A stretch of 64,000 bases of DNA from Spirochaetia bacterium (GTDB taxonomy: Bacteria; Spirochaetota; Spirochaetia; SP-2023), in the NCBI GenBank assembly GCA_965263295.1, contig OZ253665.1, forward strand, positions 2,112,001 through 2,176,000, written 5' to 3'. The stretch's first letter is position 1; each line of letters begins with the position of its first letter. Positions 10,749 through 20,213 of this stretch are shown here, one piece after another. The notes below the pieces were generated by a model. The model ran no database searches and was not told where the DNA came from. It was given only the letters and a program-made list of their open reading frames with translations. The position numbers were made by a program, and so were the translations under genes.

Positions 10749-11010
10749 GCGCCACGCTTGATCGGGCTTACCATTCAACCAATATCTCTAAAGGGAGGTA
10801 TGAATAGCAAATTGCACGTTCTGAGCGATGGTGCAAGGCTGTCTGCGGTGTGGATGTTTTGCTTTCTGAGTTACCAGCGGCGCAAGTGCTGATTGCGGAT
10901 TGAGGCTATGATAGCTTGAAAGTAAGAAAAATGCTTGCAGATCAGGATATTGGGAGTTGTATTCCTTGTTGCAAGGACCGTAAGGAGCCAATCGCATATT
11001 GTAAAACGAC
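10749..11010 (+). mobile_element. Degenerate internal fragment of IS5-family element A (copy 1)
   Basis: Close match to 11890-12196 with internal deletions; encodes a KGGMNSKLH remnant; frameshifts and stops. Confidence 0.8.
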
Positions 11011-11125
11011 CTAAGGTTGTGTTGAACTTTCAGAAAGCATTGCTGAGAGTTCTTAAAATGTTTAAATTGATGTTATTTTCTCTGTCGTATGTCGTATATG
11101 AATTTTTTTTTACATATTGTACACT

Positions 11126-11449
11126 ATGAAAGACGCCAAAGAATTCCTAAAGCAGTTTATCGATGAGAATCGAGAACTTCAAAAACAAATACAGGAACCA
11201 GGACACGATATTTTTCAACTCTGGCCATTGGTCTTAAATAAGCTGGGGCTTGAGATTCTGGCACAACAAAGCCAAGTCATGGATCTGGAGCGAGGTCACT
11301 TACGTCTAGCCGTACGGCATTCTGTATTTCTGCAAGAATTAAAGCTGAGACAGGGGCTTTGGCAACCGGCAATAGAAGCAGCCCTGCGTCAGCAGGGAGC
11401 CCGACAAGCCCGAATAAAAAAAGTCAGCTTATGGATACAGAGCTTCTAG
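11126..11449 (+). CDS. DUF721 / DciA-family protein (putative replicative helicase loader)
   Basis: 107 aa with WPLV...LAQQSQVMDLERGHLRLAVRHSVFLQELKL pattern typical of DUF721. Confidence 0.7.
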   Translation: MKDAKEFLKQFIDENRELQKQIQEPGHDIFQLWPLVLNKLGLEILAQQSQVMDLERGHLRLAVRHSVFLQELKLRQGLWQPAIEAALRQQGARQARIKKVSLWIQSF

Positions 11450-11450
11450 A

Positions 11451-11818
11451 TAGTGTTGTCACGAGATGCTGGCCTACAGTGCAATACATCGTATTTGTAC
11501 GGCGGCCAGGAATGATTCCCTATTTTTGGCATAGCGAGTCGCTATTCCTCGCCAGTGCTTCAGGTGCAAAAAGCATTCTTAACCAAGTGACGCAATTGGT
11601 ACGGCTCTTTATCATACCCGCGTCTTACTATACGGTTTTCCTTCGCTGGAATCACAGGCTTCATGCCCCTTGTGCCAGCGCTTTTTCAATGATCTTATTG
11701 CTATCATAACCTTTATCAGCCAACAAATATTCTGCCGTCAATCCCTCTATCAAGGTGCTGGCTTGAGTGCAATCTGCCGTTGTACCTTCTGTAACAACAA
11801 CCCTGACCGGCATATCAG
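11451..11818 (-). mobile_element. 3' half of a second IS5-family transposase (element B), pseudogenised
   Basis: The minus strand reads MPVRVVVTEGTTADCTQA..LLADKGYDSN../MKPVIP..LRHLVKNAF/LHLKHWRGIATRYAKN..FLAAVQIRCIAL, with two frameshifts and a stop; probable element end at 11451. Confidence 0.85.
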
Positions 11819-11820
11819 CG

Positions 11821-12300
11821 AATATGCTGATGATTAACGCTACTCATCTGACGGCACACCGCACGGTATTGAGCCTCAAAAAAAGGGAGCGAGCCACGCT
11901 TGATCGGGCGTACCATTCAACCAATATCTCTAAAGGGAGGTATGAATAGCAAATTGCATGTTTTGAGTGATGATGCAGGGCGCCCTGATTATTCGGCTGC
12001 ATCTGAGCGAAGGGCAGAGAAACGATTTCAAAGGTCCAGATGTTTTTGCTTTCGGATTTGCCGGTGGCGCAAGTGCTGGTTGCGGATCGAGGCTACGATA
12101 GCTCACGAGTAAGCAAAATGCTTGCAGATCAAAATATTGGGAGTTGTATTCCCTGCCGTAAGAACCGTAAGGAGCCAATAGCATATTGTAAAACGAGTTA
12201 TAAAAAGTGGCATAAAGTTGAGAATATTTTTGCTAGACTGAAAGACTGACGGCGTATTGGGATGTGATATGATCGTTGTGCACACACTTTTGAATCGGCA
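11821..12300 (+). mobile_element. IS5-family element A transposase pseudogene (copy 2)
   Basis: MINATHLTAHRT..SLKK, A7GGG slippery site (11878-11887), KGGMNSKLH, ADRGYDS, CIPCRKNRK, VENIFARLKD*RRI, YDRCAHTF; premature stops. Confidence 0.85.
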
Positions 12301-12584
12301 ATGATGAGATAGATCTTTTTTCTTGCGCCGAATTTCAGTTGAAAATCCAATGAGTACGGCTAAGATATGGCTATATTGAGGATGAATGGATAAATTGCTC
12401 AAAGAACTGGCCGGGCTGTTGCGGGAATTTGGCCGTAACGTTTCGGAGAGCGCGTTGTAGATTGAGGGGCTGGCAGCACAGGCACCAGAGCATGTTGGAT
12501 GACTTTTCTCATTGAGCATGGGATTAAAAGAGCGCAATACAAGGAAGCATTGCTCCATGATGCTATACAGAGATTGAAAATTGA

Positions 12585-13268
12585 TTAGCCAGAAACTTGG
12601 CAACTTATGCGCCAACAAAGGGCAAAATCCAGAGGCAGTTGGCCATGGTGATAGTCCTCCAGATCTTGCCAGAGCCTGTGACAAAAATTGGCATCCAGGC
12701 GGACGCTGTGCTGTGCATACAACTCGTCGGGATCAGAAAAATCAAGGCGCGATGCCCCTGCTTGAAAAGTATTGGTGCCACTGTAACAACCGTAGTATTC
12801 CAACACTAAATCCAGCGCCTGCAGCCACAATAATAAAAACTCGTGGGGTCGCTGGGGGATTAGAATACTCTTTTCACTGTCCAACAACAGCAGCGCAGCC
12901 CGAATCAGACGCAGGGGGAAGGCGACCTCTAGCAAGCGAGTCTCCCAATAGGCATGCAAACTGGGAGCATGGCTTCTTTCGCCAGCTTCCTGTTCTACTT
13001 CCCGTCTGACTTCCACGTCGGCAGGGTGGCCAGCAACAGGAGTAAAACCGACAACGGCAGCGACATAGGCAAACTGCTGCCAGACTTCAGAGCTTTCACC
13101 CCAAATCTGAGCGAAATGGGCAAAGCAGTGGCGCCAATGTTGTGCGCGCGGCTGCAAACGGGCATCTGCTTGCCCGGCGATGCAGTTTTGCAAGAGTTGC
13201 CACTGTGCAGGACTGAATAACTCATGTGCCGCCTGCGGCGTGATCCAATTACTAACCGAGGAACTCAA
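12585..13268 (-). CDS. Hypothetical protein
   Basis: 227-aa ORF overlapping the SEL1 gene stop by 17 nt; no family recognised; start uncertain. Confidence 0.55.
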   Translation of the reverse strand: MSSSVSNWITPQAAHELFSPAQWQLLQNCIAGQADARLQPRAQHWRHCFAHFAQIWGESSEVWQQFAYVAAVVGFTPVAGHPADVEVRREVEQEAGERSHAPSLHAYWETRLLEVAFPLRLIRAALLLLDSEKSILIPQRPHEFLLLWLQALDLVLEYYGCYSGTNTFQAGASRLDFSDPDELYAQHSVRLDANFCHRLWQDLEDYHHGQLPLDFALCWRISCQVSG

Positions 13269-14484
13269 TTTCGGCCTCGTCGTTCAGGCCAGGCGTGGCC
13301 GAGGCTATTTCGGCCGGCGTTAAATCGTCGGGCCGAGGCAGCAGGTCATCATCTAACTCATGCATCACATCTTGAGGATTAGCTGGAGAACTAGCATGGA
13401 CTGGCTGAGGCTGCCCGCTTGCCATATAAGCTGAGCGAGAATCGGAAGCATCAAAAGCCTTGGACACATCGGCAGGCGGGCTAGCCTGGACTTGTGGCGC
13501 TGTATTCGCCTTCGACATTTGCACCGCATTCATGCTCTGCTTAGCTTGGATATCGACAGCCACGGTATCTGGCCCATTCTGCTCATTGTACAGAGCGATA
13601 GCCTTTTTGTACCACTCAATAGCGCGCGGATAATCGCGCAACTTTGTTTCATAGAGCTGACACAGCAAGTTCACGGCATACAGGCTCTTGTGGTTAGCCG
13701 CCACCGAGTACCACTCAACAGCTTTGTCGTAATCTTTCAAGCTATTTTCATACAGCTGCCCCAACGAGATTGCAGCTTTCAAATCACCCAACTGCACGGC
13801 ACGTTGATACCATTCAATAGCCAAGTCATAATTTTGCAGATTGTACTGGTAGACCCGGCACAACTGGCAAATAGCACCCAAGCTGTTCAACTGTGCCGCC
13901 TTGCGATACAACGCAATGGCTTCGTCATAATCTTCAAAGTGCAATTCAAGCAAATTCCCGGCTCGAATCATTGAATATTCGTCTCCATAGTGACCGGCTT
14001 CAATATACCAATCAATAGCGCTGTCAAGATCTTCCAGACTCTGTTCGTAAATGACGGCGATACGCCGCATGTAGTAAAGGTCACCTTGTAGAGCCAAACG
14101 TTCGTATTGCTCAATGGCGCGGAGATAGTCGCGCTGGTACTCGGCATAGGCCGCCAATTCAACAATGGCCCACTTCTTGCCTTGATCAGCAGCCAAAAGG
14201 GTCTGCTTATAGCTGATTTCAAATCCACGATCCCGCTGTTGGCTCCGATTTACCAGCCTACTATGGAGACGTTGTCTCTTGTTGCGATTGGCTTTCAAAC
14301 GTTGGGCCGCAAGCTGATCCGGCGTATACGCCTCACTCACTCGGCCGCCCCCAGGGATGGCAGCCGCATCCTCCATGCCGCCATGAATGGAGTCGGGCAC
14401 ATTCGCAGTGAACTGCGCCGCCTCTTTTTTGCCAATTTTACTTTTCTTGGACTTCGTTTGCCTAGGCTTCCGCTGTATTGCCAT
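13252..14484 (-). CDS. SEL1-like/TPR repeat protein
   Basis: About six 33-aa repeats of the form A..LG.LYE..L.DYD.AIEWY..A; basic N-terminus and low-complexity acidic C-terminus; GGAGGGG RBS. Confidence 0.85.
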   Translation of the reverse strand: MAIQRKPRQTKSKKSKIGKKEAAQFTANVPDSIHGGMEDAAAIPGGGRVSEAYTPDQLAAQRLKANRNKRQRLHSRLVNRSQQRDRGFEISYKQTLLAADQGKKWAIVELAAYAEYQRDYLRAIEQYERLALQGDLYYMRRIAVIYEQSLEDLDSAIDWYIEAGHYGDEYSMIRAGNLLELHFEDYDEAIALYRKAAQLNSLGAICQLCRVYQYNLQNYDLAIEWYQRAVQLGDLKAAISLGQLYENSLKDYDKAVEWYSVAANHKSLYAVNLLCQLYETKLRDYPRAIEWYKKAIALYNEQNGPDTVAVDIQAKQSMNAVQMSKANTAPQVQASPPADVSKAFDASDSRSAYMASGQPQPVHASSPANPQDVMHELDDDLLPRPDDLTPAEIASATPGLNDEAEIEFLG

Positions 14485-14656
14485 ATCCCCTCCAGCTCAA
14501 CTTGTCGCCATCTGTTTGTTCTAGCCACAAGTCTCTACCGACTGAGGATTGTATTTGGATTGCCCAACTTGGCAACAAATTCGCCCTCCGTTTTTCTTTT
14601 ATGCAAAAAACAGGGACGGCACCGGTAGCAGCCCTAAGTTATAATTTTTGCCTTTT

Positions 14657-15319
14657 TTAAGAGGGCCTGGTCCCTCTTCGCATAAAAACAAGCCATTCGC
14701 AAATATTTACAACATGGTCTCCGATGCGCTCAAAAAACCGCGAAAGGAACATAAAGTTCACAAAAGAATCGGAAAGCTCGGGCGAGCTGTGGAACATACT
14801 GGCGTTAGTTTTGACGAAGGCCTTATGTAAATCATCTAGGCCTTCGTCCGCGCGAATAATTTCCAGCGCGAGATCAATATCCAGCTGATTGACAGCCTCA
14901 CAACAACGTTCATAGATCTGGCGAGTCTCGCTCGCCATTTCGATCAGCTTCTGGGGGACCTCGGTACTCGGTTCCAACTCGGCATTGCGGAAGGCAATCC
15001 GAACGATATGCACACAATGGTCGCCAATACGCTCCAAATCTCCGATGAACTTCAGCACGCCAATGCTGAAGCGCAGATCTGATGCCACAGGTTGCTCCAG
15101 ACTAATCAACTGGATACAGTGGTGGTAAATAGCTTCTTCATAGTCGTTGGCTCTATGATCCATTTCACGCACCTCTTTGAGAATAGCTTCCAGCTCAGCT
15201 CTGTCTTGGCAGCTGAGGCAATCTGAGGTTTTCTCCAGCATCTTTTGCACATGCCCCAGCATGGTTCCCGTCTCTTCCTGGATATACGTTTTGCGGCGTT
15301 CAAAATTTTCCCTCAACAT
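14657..15319 (-). CDS. phoU: Phosphate signalling/transport regulator PhoU
   Basis: QPVASDLR, DLERIGDH and FERIGDHVVNICE motifs; directly after pstB. Confidence 0.93.
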   Translation of the reverse strand: MLRENFERRKTYIQEETGTMLGHVQKMLEKTSDCLSCQDRAELEAILKEVREMDHRANDYEEAIYHHCIQLISLEQPVASDLRFSIGVLKFIGDLERIGDHCVHIVRIAFRNAELEPSTEVPQKLIEMASETRQIYERCCEAVNQLDIDLALEIIRADEGLDDLHKAFVKTNASMFHSSPELSDSFVNFMFLSRFFERIGDHVVNICEWLVFMRRGTRPS

Positions 15320-15357
15320 ACTTTGTCTCCTTATTTTTAATTCGTTGTAACAGAAAA

Positions 15358-16134
15358 TCAGCCAAAGCGGCCAGTGATATATCCTTCGGTCTTCTGCTTC
15401 TTGGGAGTGACGAAAAGCTCGTTGGTAGGGCCGACTTCTTCCAATATACCGTTGAGGAAAAAGGCCGTTGTGTCAGAAATACGACCGGCCTGCTGCATGT
15501 TGTGAGTGACAATTATAATACTGTAATGGCCGCGCAGCGAACGGATCAGATCTTCTATACGCGAGGTCGAGAGCGGGTCCAGCGCCGACGTCGGCTCGTC
15601 CATCAAAATGACTTCCGGGTTTGTCGCCAAAGTACGGGCAATGCACAAACGCTGTTGCTGGCCTCCCGAAAGTCCCAGAGCAGACTTGTTCAGGCGATCC
15701 TTCACTTCTTGCCACAAGTTGACCTCTTTGAGGCAGCGTTCCACCGTCTCTGCCAGAACTCCTTTATTGCGCTCGCCATGAACTTTGGGGCCATAACTAA
15801 TGTTGTCCGCGATACTCATCGGAAAGGGGTTAGGCTTCTGAAATACCATGCCTAATTTCTTGCGCAGCTCAATCACGTCATAGCCGTGATAGATGTCGCA
15901 ATCGCCATAGTGAATACTACCTTCGACACGGGTGTCCGGGATCAAGTCATTCATGCGGTTCAACGTCTTTAAAAACGTCGACTTGCCGCAGCCCGAAGGC
16001 CCAATCAAAGCTGTGACCTTACCTGCCTGCAAAGAAATGTTGATGTCATGAAGGGCCTGAAAGTCGCCATAAAACATATTGAGATGCCCGACCTCAATAT
16101 TATGAACGCCATGATTTTGCTCGGTATCAGCCAT
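15358..16134 (-). CDS. pstB: Phosphate ABC transporter ATP-binding protein
   Basis: [41 protein letters not shown]. Confidence 0.95.
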   Translation of the reverse strand: MADTEQNHGVHNIEVGHLNMFYGDFQALHDINISLQAGKVTALIGPSGCGKSTFLKTLNRMNDLIPDTRVEGSIHYGDCDIYHGYDVIELRKKLGMVFQKPNPFPMSIADNISYGPKVHGERNKGVLAETVERCLKEVNLWQEVKDRLNKSALGLSGGQQQRLCIARTLATNPEVILMDEPTSALDPLSTSRIEDLIRSLRGHYSIIIVTHNMQQAGRISDTTAFFLNGILEEVGPTNELFVTPKKQKTEGYITGRFG

Positions 16135-16170
16135 AATATAATGCCCTAACGCTTGTGTTACTACAGGCTT

Positions 16171-17922
16171 TTAGCCGTGGGGCTCACGGGAAAAGCGCGT
16201 CAGCAGAGCCCGGGCGCCCATGTTGAGCAGCACAATTAGAAAGATAAGGATAAAGGCTGTAGAAAAGCCTTTTTGCAGTGAGATGCCGTTGATCGTCATC
16301 CAGTAGAGATGCAGCGAAATGCTGCGCAGTGAACTGTGCAAATCCAGCAGAGGATAGTCCTGGGCCACCTGAACCAGCTTGGCTAGACTGGGATTCAGCC
16401 AAAACTCCTGCAAGATTGTGGGAAAATCGTTCAGCAGCTGGGGAAAGCGGCTGAGAGCAGCCTGGTAGCCCGTACCCAATGTGTAAATCAAAGCCGCCGT
16501 CTCTCCCAAGGCTCGACCGATGGCTAAAATTATTCCCGCCAAAATACCAGGCAGGGCACTGGGCAGAGATATGTGCATGATCGTGTACCATTTTTGCGCC
16601 CCCAGACCGAGACTGCCTTCAATATAGGAACGCGGCACGCTCAGCAAAGCCTCTTTGGCTGTCAAAATAATGGTTGGCAACAACATCAAGACCAAGGTGG
16701 CCGCGCCACTGAGCAGGCCAATACCCAGGATGGGCACGAACAAAATACTGCCAAAAAGGCCGAAAATAATTGAGGGAATGCCAGAAAGCGTCTGGATCGC
16801 CATATTTACGGTATTGGCAAAATTATTCTGCCACTTTTTTTGCTGCAAAGTCCTCGCTCCCGTCTGAGCATACTCTACCAAAAATACCGCCACGGCCAGG
16901 CCCAAAGGTACGGCCCACAAAAGGCTAACGACAATCAAAATCAGACTGGAAAACAGCATGGTCGAAATTCCCCCAACCTTGCCATTTTTAGCTGGAGCTT
17001 GATATAAAAAGCTTAGTTTCAGGATCTCATATTCACGGAATTTTAATCGCAGGGGCTGATAGCCCTGAGTCTGCAGATCGTGATCCTCGGTCTTGCCGGT
17101 CAACCAATTGTAACGGCACAACTGGCCCTCTGCCGGCAATAAAGGCTTGGCTGCTTTCAGCGTGGCCTTGTACTGCGTCTGTGGCAAGTGTCTTTCGTTT
17201 GCCGGCGGCAGTTTTTGTGTTTCCAATTGGCCGCTCTGTTCCAGCTGTCGTATCCCTTCGGGACTCAGCAGGGGGCTATGGAACGCCAAACTGACGCGAT
17301 GCGGCAATCCAAACGAGGCGAGACCGGCGCTATTGCGCAGCTCCTTCCACTTAGTTTGGTCCCATGAACCTGGCAAAATGGCCATGGCACCCGGCGTTTG
17401 CAGCAAAGCCACAGCGGCAGATTCGTAGCCATGTTTCTCCTCAATATTCCTACTTTTACTCCAAGACTGTCCCGCAGCCACATTAGCTTCTGCCAAACTT
17501 TTAAGCTGAGCACTGGTCAGAAATACCTTGAGCCGAGCGTCAGAGCTCGCTAGATCAACCCAGTTTTTCTGTTCGCCAGCCAAAATGGCATGCAACTGGT
17601 CACCGCGCAATTTGCCCAAGTCAATTGCGGACGAAAGCCACAAACTCATGGGCTCGTCTAAGACCAAACCTGTGGCAGGCCAAGTAAACTGCTCCTGGTA
17701 GTCGGGCAATACAGCACTGTCCACTTCGTTACGAATAAATAGGCCGCGAAAACCGAGGTAGCCGATTAGAACGCAGAGGAAGCCAAAAACGGCCAGAACG
17801 CAAAGGCCCAACAGAGTTTTGACCCATGCTTCCATGCGCAACATTTTCCGGGTATAGGGCGAAATCTGCACCTGCGAAGAGGCTGGACTAGGATTTGTCT
17901 TACCAATCATGAGCGGACTCAC
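16171..17922 (-). CDS. pstA: Phosphate ABC transporter permease PstA with a large extracytoplasmic insertion
   Basis: C-terminal LSGIPSIIFGLFG, EGSLGLGA and IGRALGETAAL motifs; 583 aa because of a ~250-aa soluble segment after TM1. Confidence 0.88.
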   Translation of the reverse strand: MSPLMIGKTNPSPASSQVQISPYTRKMLRMEAWVKTLLGLCVLAVFGFLCVLIGYLGFRGLFIRNEVDSAVLPDYQEQFTWPATGLVLDEPMSLWLSSAIDLGKLRGDQLHAILAGEQKNWVDLASSDARLKVFLTSAQLKSLAEANVAAGQSWSKSRNIEEKHGYESAAVALLQTPGAMAILPGSWDQTKWKELRNSAGLASFGLPHRVSLAFHSPLLSPEGIRQLEQSGQLETQKLPPANERHLPQTQYKATLKAAKPLLPAEGQLCRYNWLTGKTEDHDLQTQGYQPLRLKFREYEILKLSFLYQAPAKNGKVGGISTMLFSSLILIVVSLLWAVPLGLAVAVFLVEYAQTGARTLQQKKWQNNFANTVNMAIQTLSGIPSIIFGLFGSILFVPILGIGLLSGAATLVLMLLPTIILTAKEALLSVPRSYIEGSLGLGAQKWYTIMHISLPSALPGILAGIILAIGRALGETAALIYTLGTGYQAALSRFPQLLNDFPTILQEFWLNPSLAKLVQVAQDYPLLDLHSSLRSISLHLYWMTINGISLQKGFSTAFILIFLIVLLNMGARALLTRFSREPHG

Positions 17923-17923
17923 A

Positions 17924-19270
17924 TTAACTGGGATTAAAACGTTGCTGGATACGCTTACGCACCTGGCTCAAAAGAATATTGAGACTAAATATAAACAACA
18001 TCAGCACAATACTTGTCGTAAATAGCGAAGTCAGGTGATAGGAGCCAGAAGCCGGATCATCCTGGGCATAGGCCATCTCGGCGATAATGTTCATGGTCAG
18101 GGTGCGCGTTGGCTGGATTGGCAGCCAAGCAAATTGAATCGCGTTACCAGCCACCATCAATACCGCTAAAGTTTCTCCAATAGCACGACAAGTTCCCAGT
18201 ACGATACTGGTCAGGATACCAGAAACAGCCGCGGGCACGGCAATATGGCTGACGGTCTGCAACCTGGTGGCCCCCAAAGCCAGGGAGCCGGAGCGCAATT
18301 CTTGTGACACTGCACGCAGCGATACCTCGGAAATATTAATAATAGTTGGCATAATCATAAAAGCCAGAATGATTCCAGCAGATATTGAATTATAGCCAGT
18401 ATTTAGTTCACTAGGAAAGAGGCCGCGCACCAACGGAACGATTAAAATTGAACCAAAAAAACCAAAGACAACAGAAGGCAGGCCCGCCAGCAATTCCGAG
18501 GCACTGCGCAACAGGGTGGCGATTCTGCTGGGAGCAAATTCGGCTATATACACCGCGCAACCGACGCCAATGGGCACGGCAATCAGCAGAGCGAGCAAGG
18601 TAACCATGACACTGCCCCAGATAAAGCCTAAAATACCATAACTCGGAGGCTTGCCCGAAGGTTCCCAATGAGAGGAAAAAAGAAAGTCCCATAGAGAACT
18701 GTGGCTAAAGAAGAAACTCCAGGACTGCAGGCGGGCCACAAACCTAGTCCACACGTCCGCAGAGGGATCGACAGCAAGCAACGGCATGGCAACCAGTCCA
18801 CGAAAAACGATGAATAGTATCAACAGACCGAGGCCAAACACCACAAGTAGGGCGACTGTTGCCAAGGAAAGCCGCACAATCCTCTCGTTAAAATTACGGC
18901 TCTTTTGCTTGCTGCAGGCCAACAGGTTCAACGAATACAAAGCCACAAAAGAAAAAGGCAGAAAAATTAAGGCAGAATTATAGAACCAAGTGAAACCTTT
19001 TTTGTCCCCTCTCGCCAATTTACCTAGACTCAGTAAATTGAATACCCATAATCCCAATAACACGAAGAACAGCAAGTCGTAGACAAAGGTAATTGCAGTA
19101 GCATGCAGCAGAGGCCGGCTCAGAAAAAGCAGAAGGCTCCAACTATAAAGCAGCTGAACTAACGGCCAAAGCCATAAGCCCAGGTTAATGGCACTGCGCT
19201 CTGGAATTTTGCAAGTCTCTAGAGCTGCGGCACCATAAGGTCGCAACCAGTGTCGTCCTTCAGTCTGCAC
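17924..19270 (-). CDS. pstC: Phosphate ABC transporter permease PstC with an N-terminal membrane extension
   Basis: ELLAGLPSVVFG, GSLALGAT and RAIGETLAVLMVAGN motifs; GTG start uncertain. Confidence 0.88.
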   Translation of the reverse strand: MQTEGRHWLRPYGAAALETCKIPERSAINLGLWLWPLVQLLYSWSLLLFLSRPLLHATAITFVYDLLFFVLLGLWVFNLLSLGKLARGDKKGFTWFYNSALIFLPFSFVALYSLNLLACSKQKSRNFNERIVRLSLATVALLVVFGLGLLILFIVFRGLVAMPLLAVDPSADVWTRFVARLQSWSFFFSHSSLWDFLFSSHWEPSGKPPSYGILGFIWGSVMVTLLALLIAVPIGVGCAVYIAEFAPSRIATLLRSASELLAGLPSVVFGFFGSILIVPLVRGLFPSELNTGYNSISAGIILAFMIMPTIINISEVSLRAVSQELRSGSLALGATRLQTVSHIAVPAAVSGILTSIVLGTCRAIGETLAVLMVAGNAIQFAWLPIQPTRTLTMNIIAEMAYAQDDPASGSYHLTSLFTTSIVLMLFIFSLNILLSQVRKRIQQRFNPS

Positions 19271-19291
19271 AGTCTCGCCCCTTCCGTGCAG

Positions 19292-19927
19292 CTAATTCTG
19301 CTCCTGGTATGGAGTCAGCCCCAGAGGTCCAAATTCGACATGTCGCAGCTCATCACTGGTAGCGATCATCTCATCAGCTGGGGCCTCGGCATTCAGGACG
19401 ATCAAGATCAGGTTCTGCCCCAGACTACGCACCATTTCCATCGCAGGCAGCAGGTCGACATCCTTGGCAATCAGCACAAAATTGCGTACAGCACCCGGCC
19501 AATTACAAGTATTGACCATATCCAGAGCTATCTGGACGTCTACCCCCTTTTGCTGAAATTCCGGCCTATAGCGCGGACCGCTACCTGTCGAACTGACGAC
19601 AGGTTTCCAGCCACGAAACTTTAGCAAACCCAAGCGAAGCATGATCTTGGGTTCTCGCCTCAGAAACTTTAACGAGAGGTCTGTCCGGCTCAACTGGTCG
19701 AGGCCACTTGCCCCAGCTGGAGGATCTGGCAGTTTGCCGGTAAAAGGCTCGCAGTCGTAAAAAAAGATTCGGCGCAAATCCTCTTTGGGCCCCACAGAAG
19801 CGAGAATAGCCTTTTTTAAAGTCTCGGCATCCGGGAAATATTGATGTTTGCGGAGTATCTTGCGCAGGTAAGCGCCATCCACAAAAACGACCGTTTCCCG
19901 CGTATTATTAATCGGGTTAATCATCAC
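19292..19927 (-). CDS. NYN-domain (LabA/DUF88, PIN-like) putative ribonuclease
   Basis: VFVDGAYL, RIFFYDC, QQKGVDVQIALD and LIAKDVDLLPA motifs; AAGGAG RBS; 21 nt from the pstC start. Confidence 0.85.
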   Translation of the reverse strand: MMINPINNTRETVVFVDGAYLRKILRKHQYFPDAETLKKAILASVGPKEDLRRIFFYDCEPFTGKLPDPPAGASGLDQLSRTDLSLKFLRREPKIMLRLGLLKFRGWKPVVSSTGSGPRYRPEFQQKGVDVQIALDMVNTCNWPGAVRNFVLIAKDVDLLPAMEMVRSLGQNLILIVLNAEAPADEMIATSDELRHVEFGPLGLTPYQEQN

Positions 19928-20213
19928 AGCTCCTTAATACACTGAGAGACCTCAAAGGCTGTCCTGCTTGGGCGTCCCTAAGGTGGTCCTTATGGGGCCT
20001 TGCACCACAACTTACACAAAAGTACGAATGGGAAATACAGGAAAAATTACGCAGATGGTGCGACATCTTAACTATGGCAAAACCAAAAAATTTATTGCCC
20101 GCCCCTCCCCCTGCCGGCCGCTGGCCGAGGGGTAAAGAATAGGGTAAACAATAAAGACAACGGCGAGCACAGCTGCAACGAAACCCGCCGAAAACTCTTT
20201 AAAGTGGACTGTG

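Noticed and set aside
10935..12249. Short ORFs such as 10935-11129, 11359-11709, 11767-11949 and 12040-12249
   Set aside because: Explained as fragments or shadows of the IS5 relics
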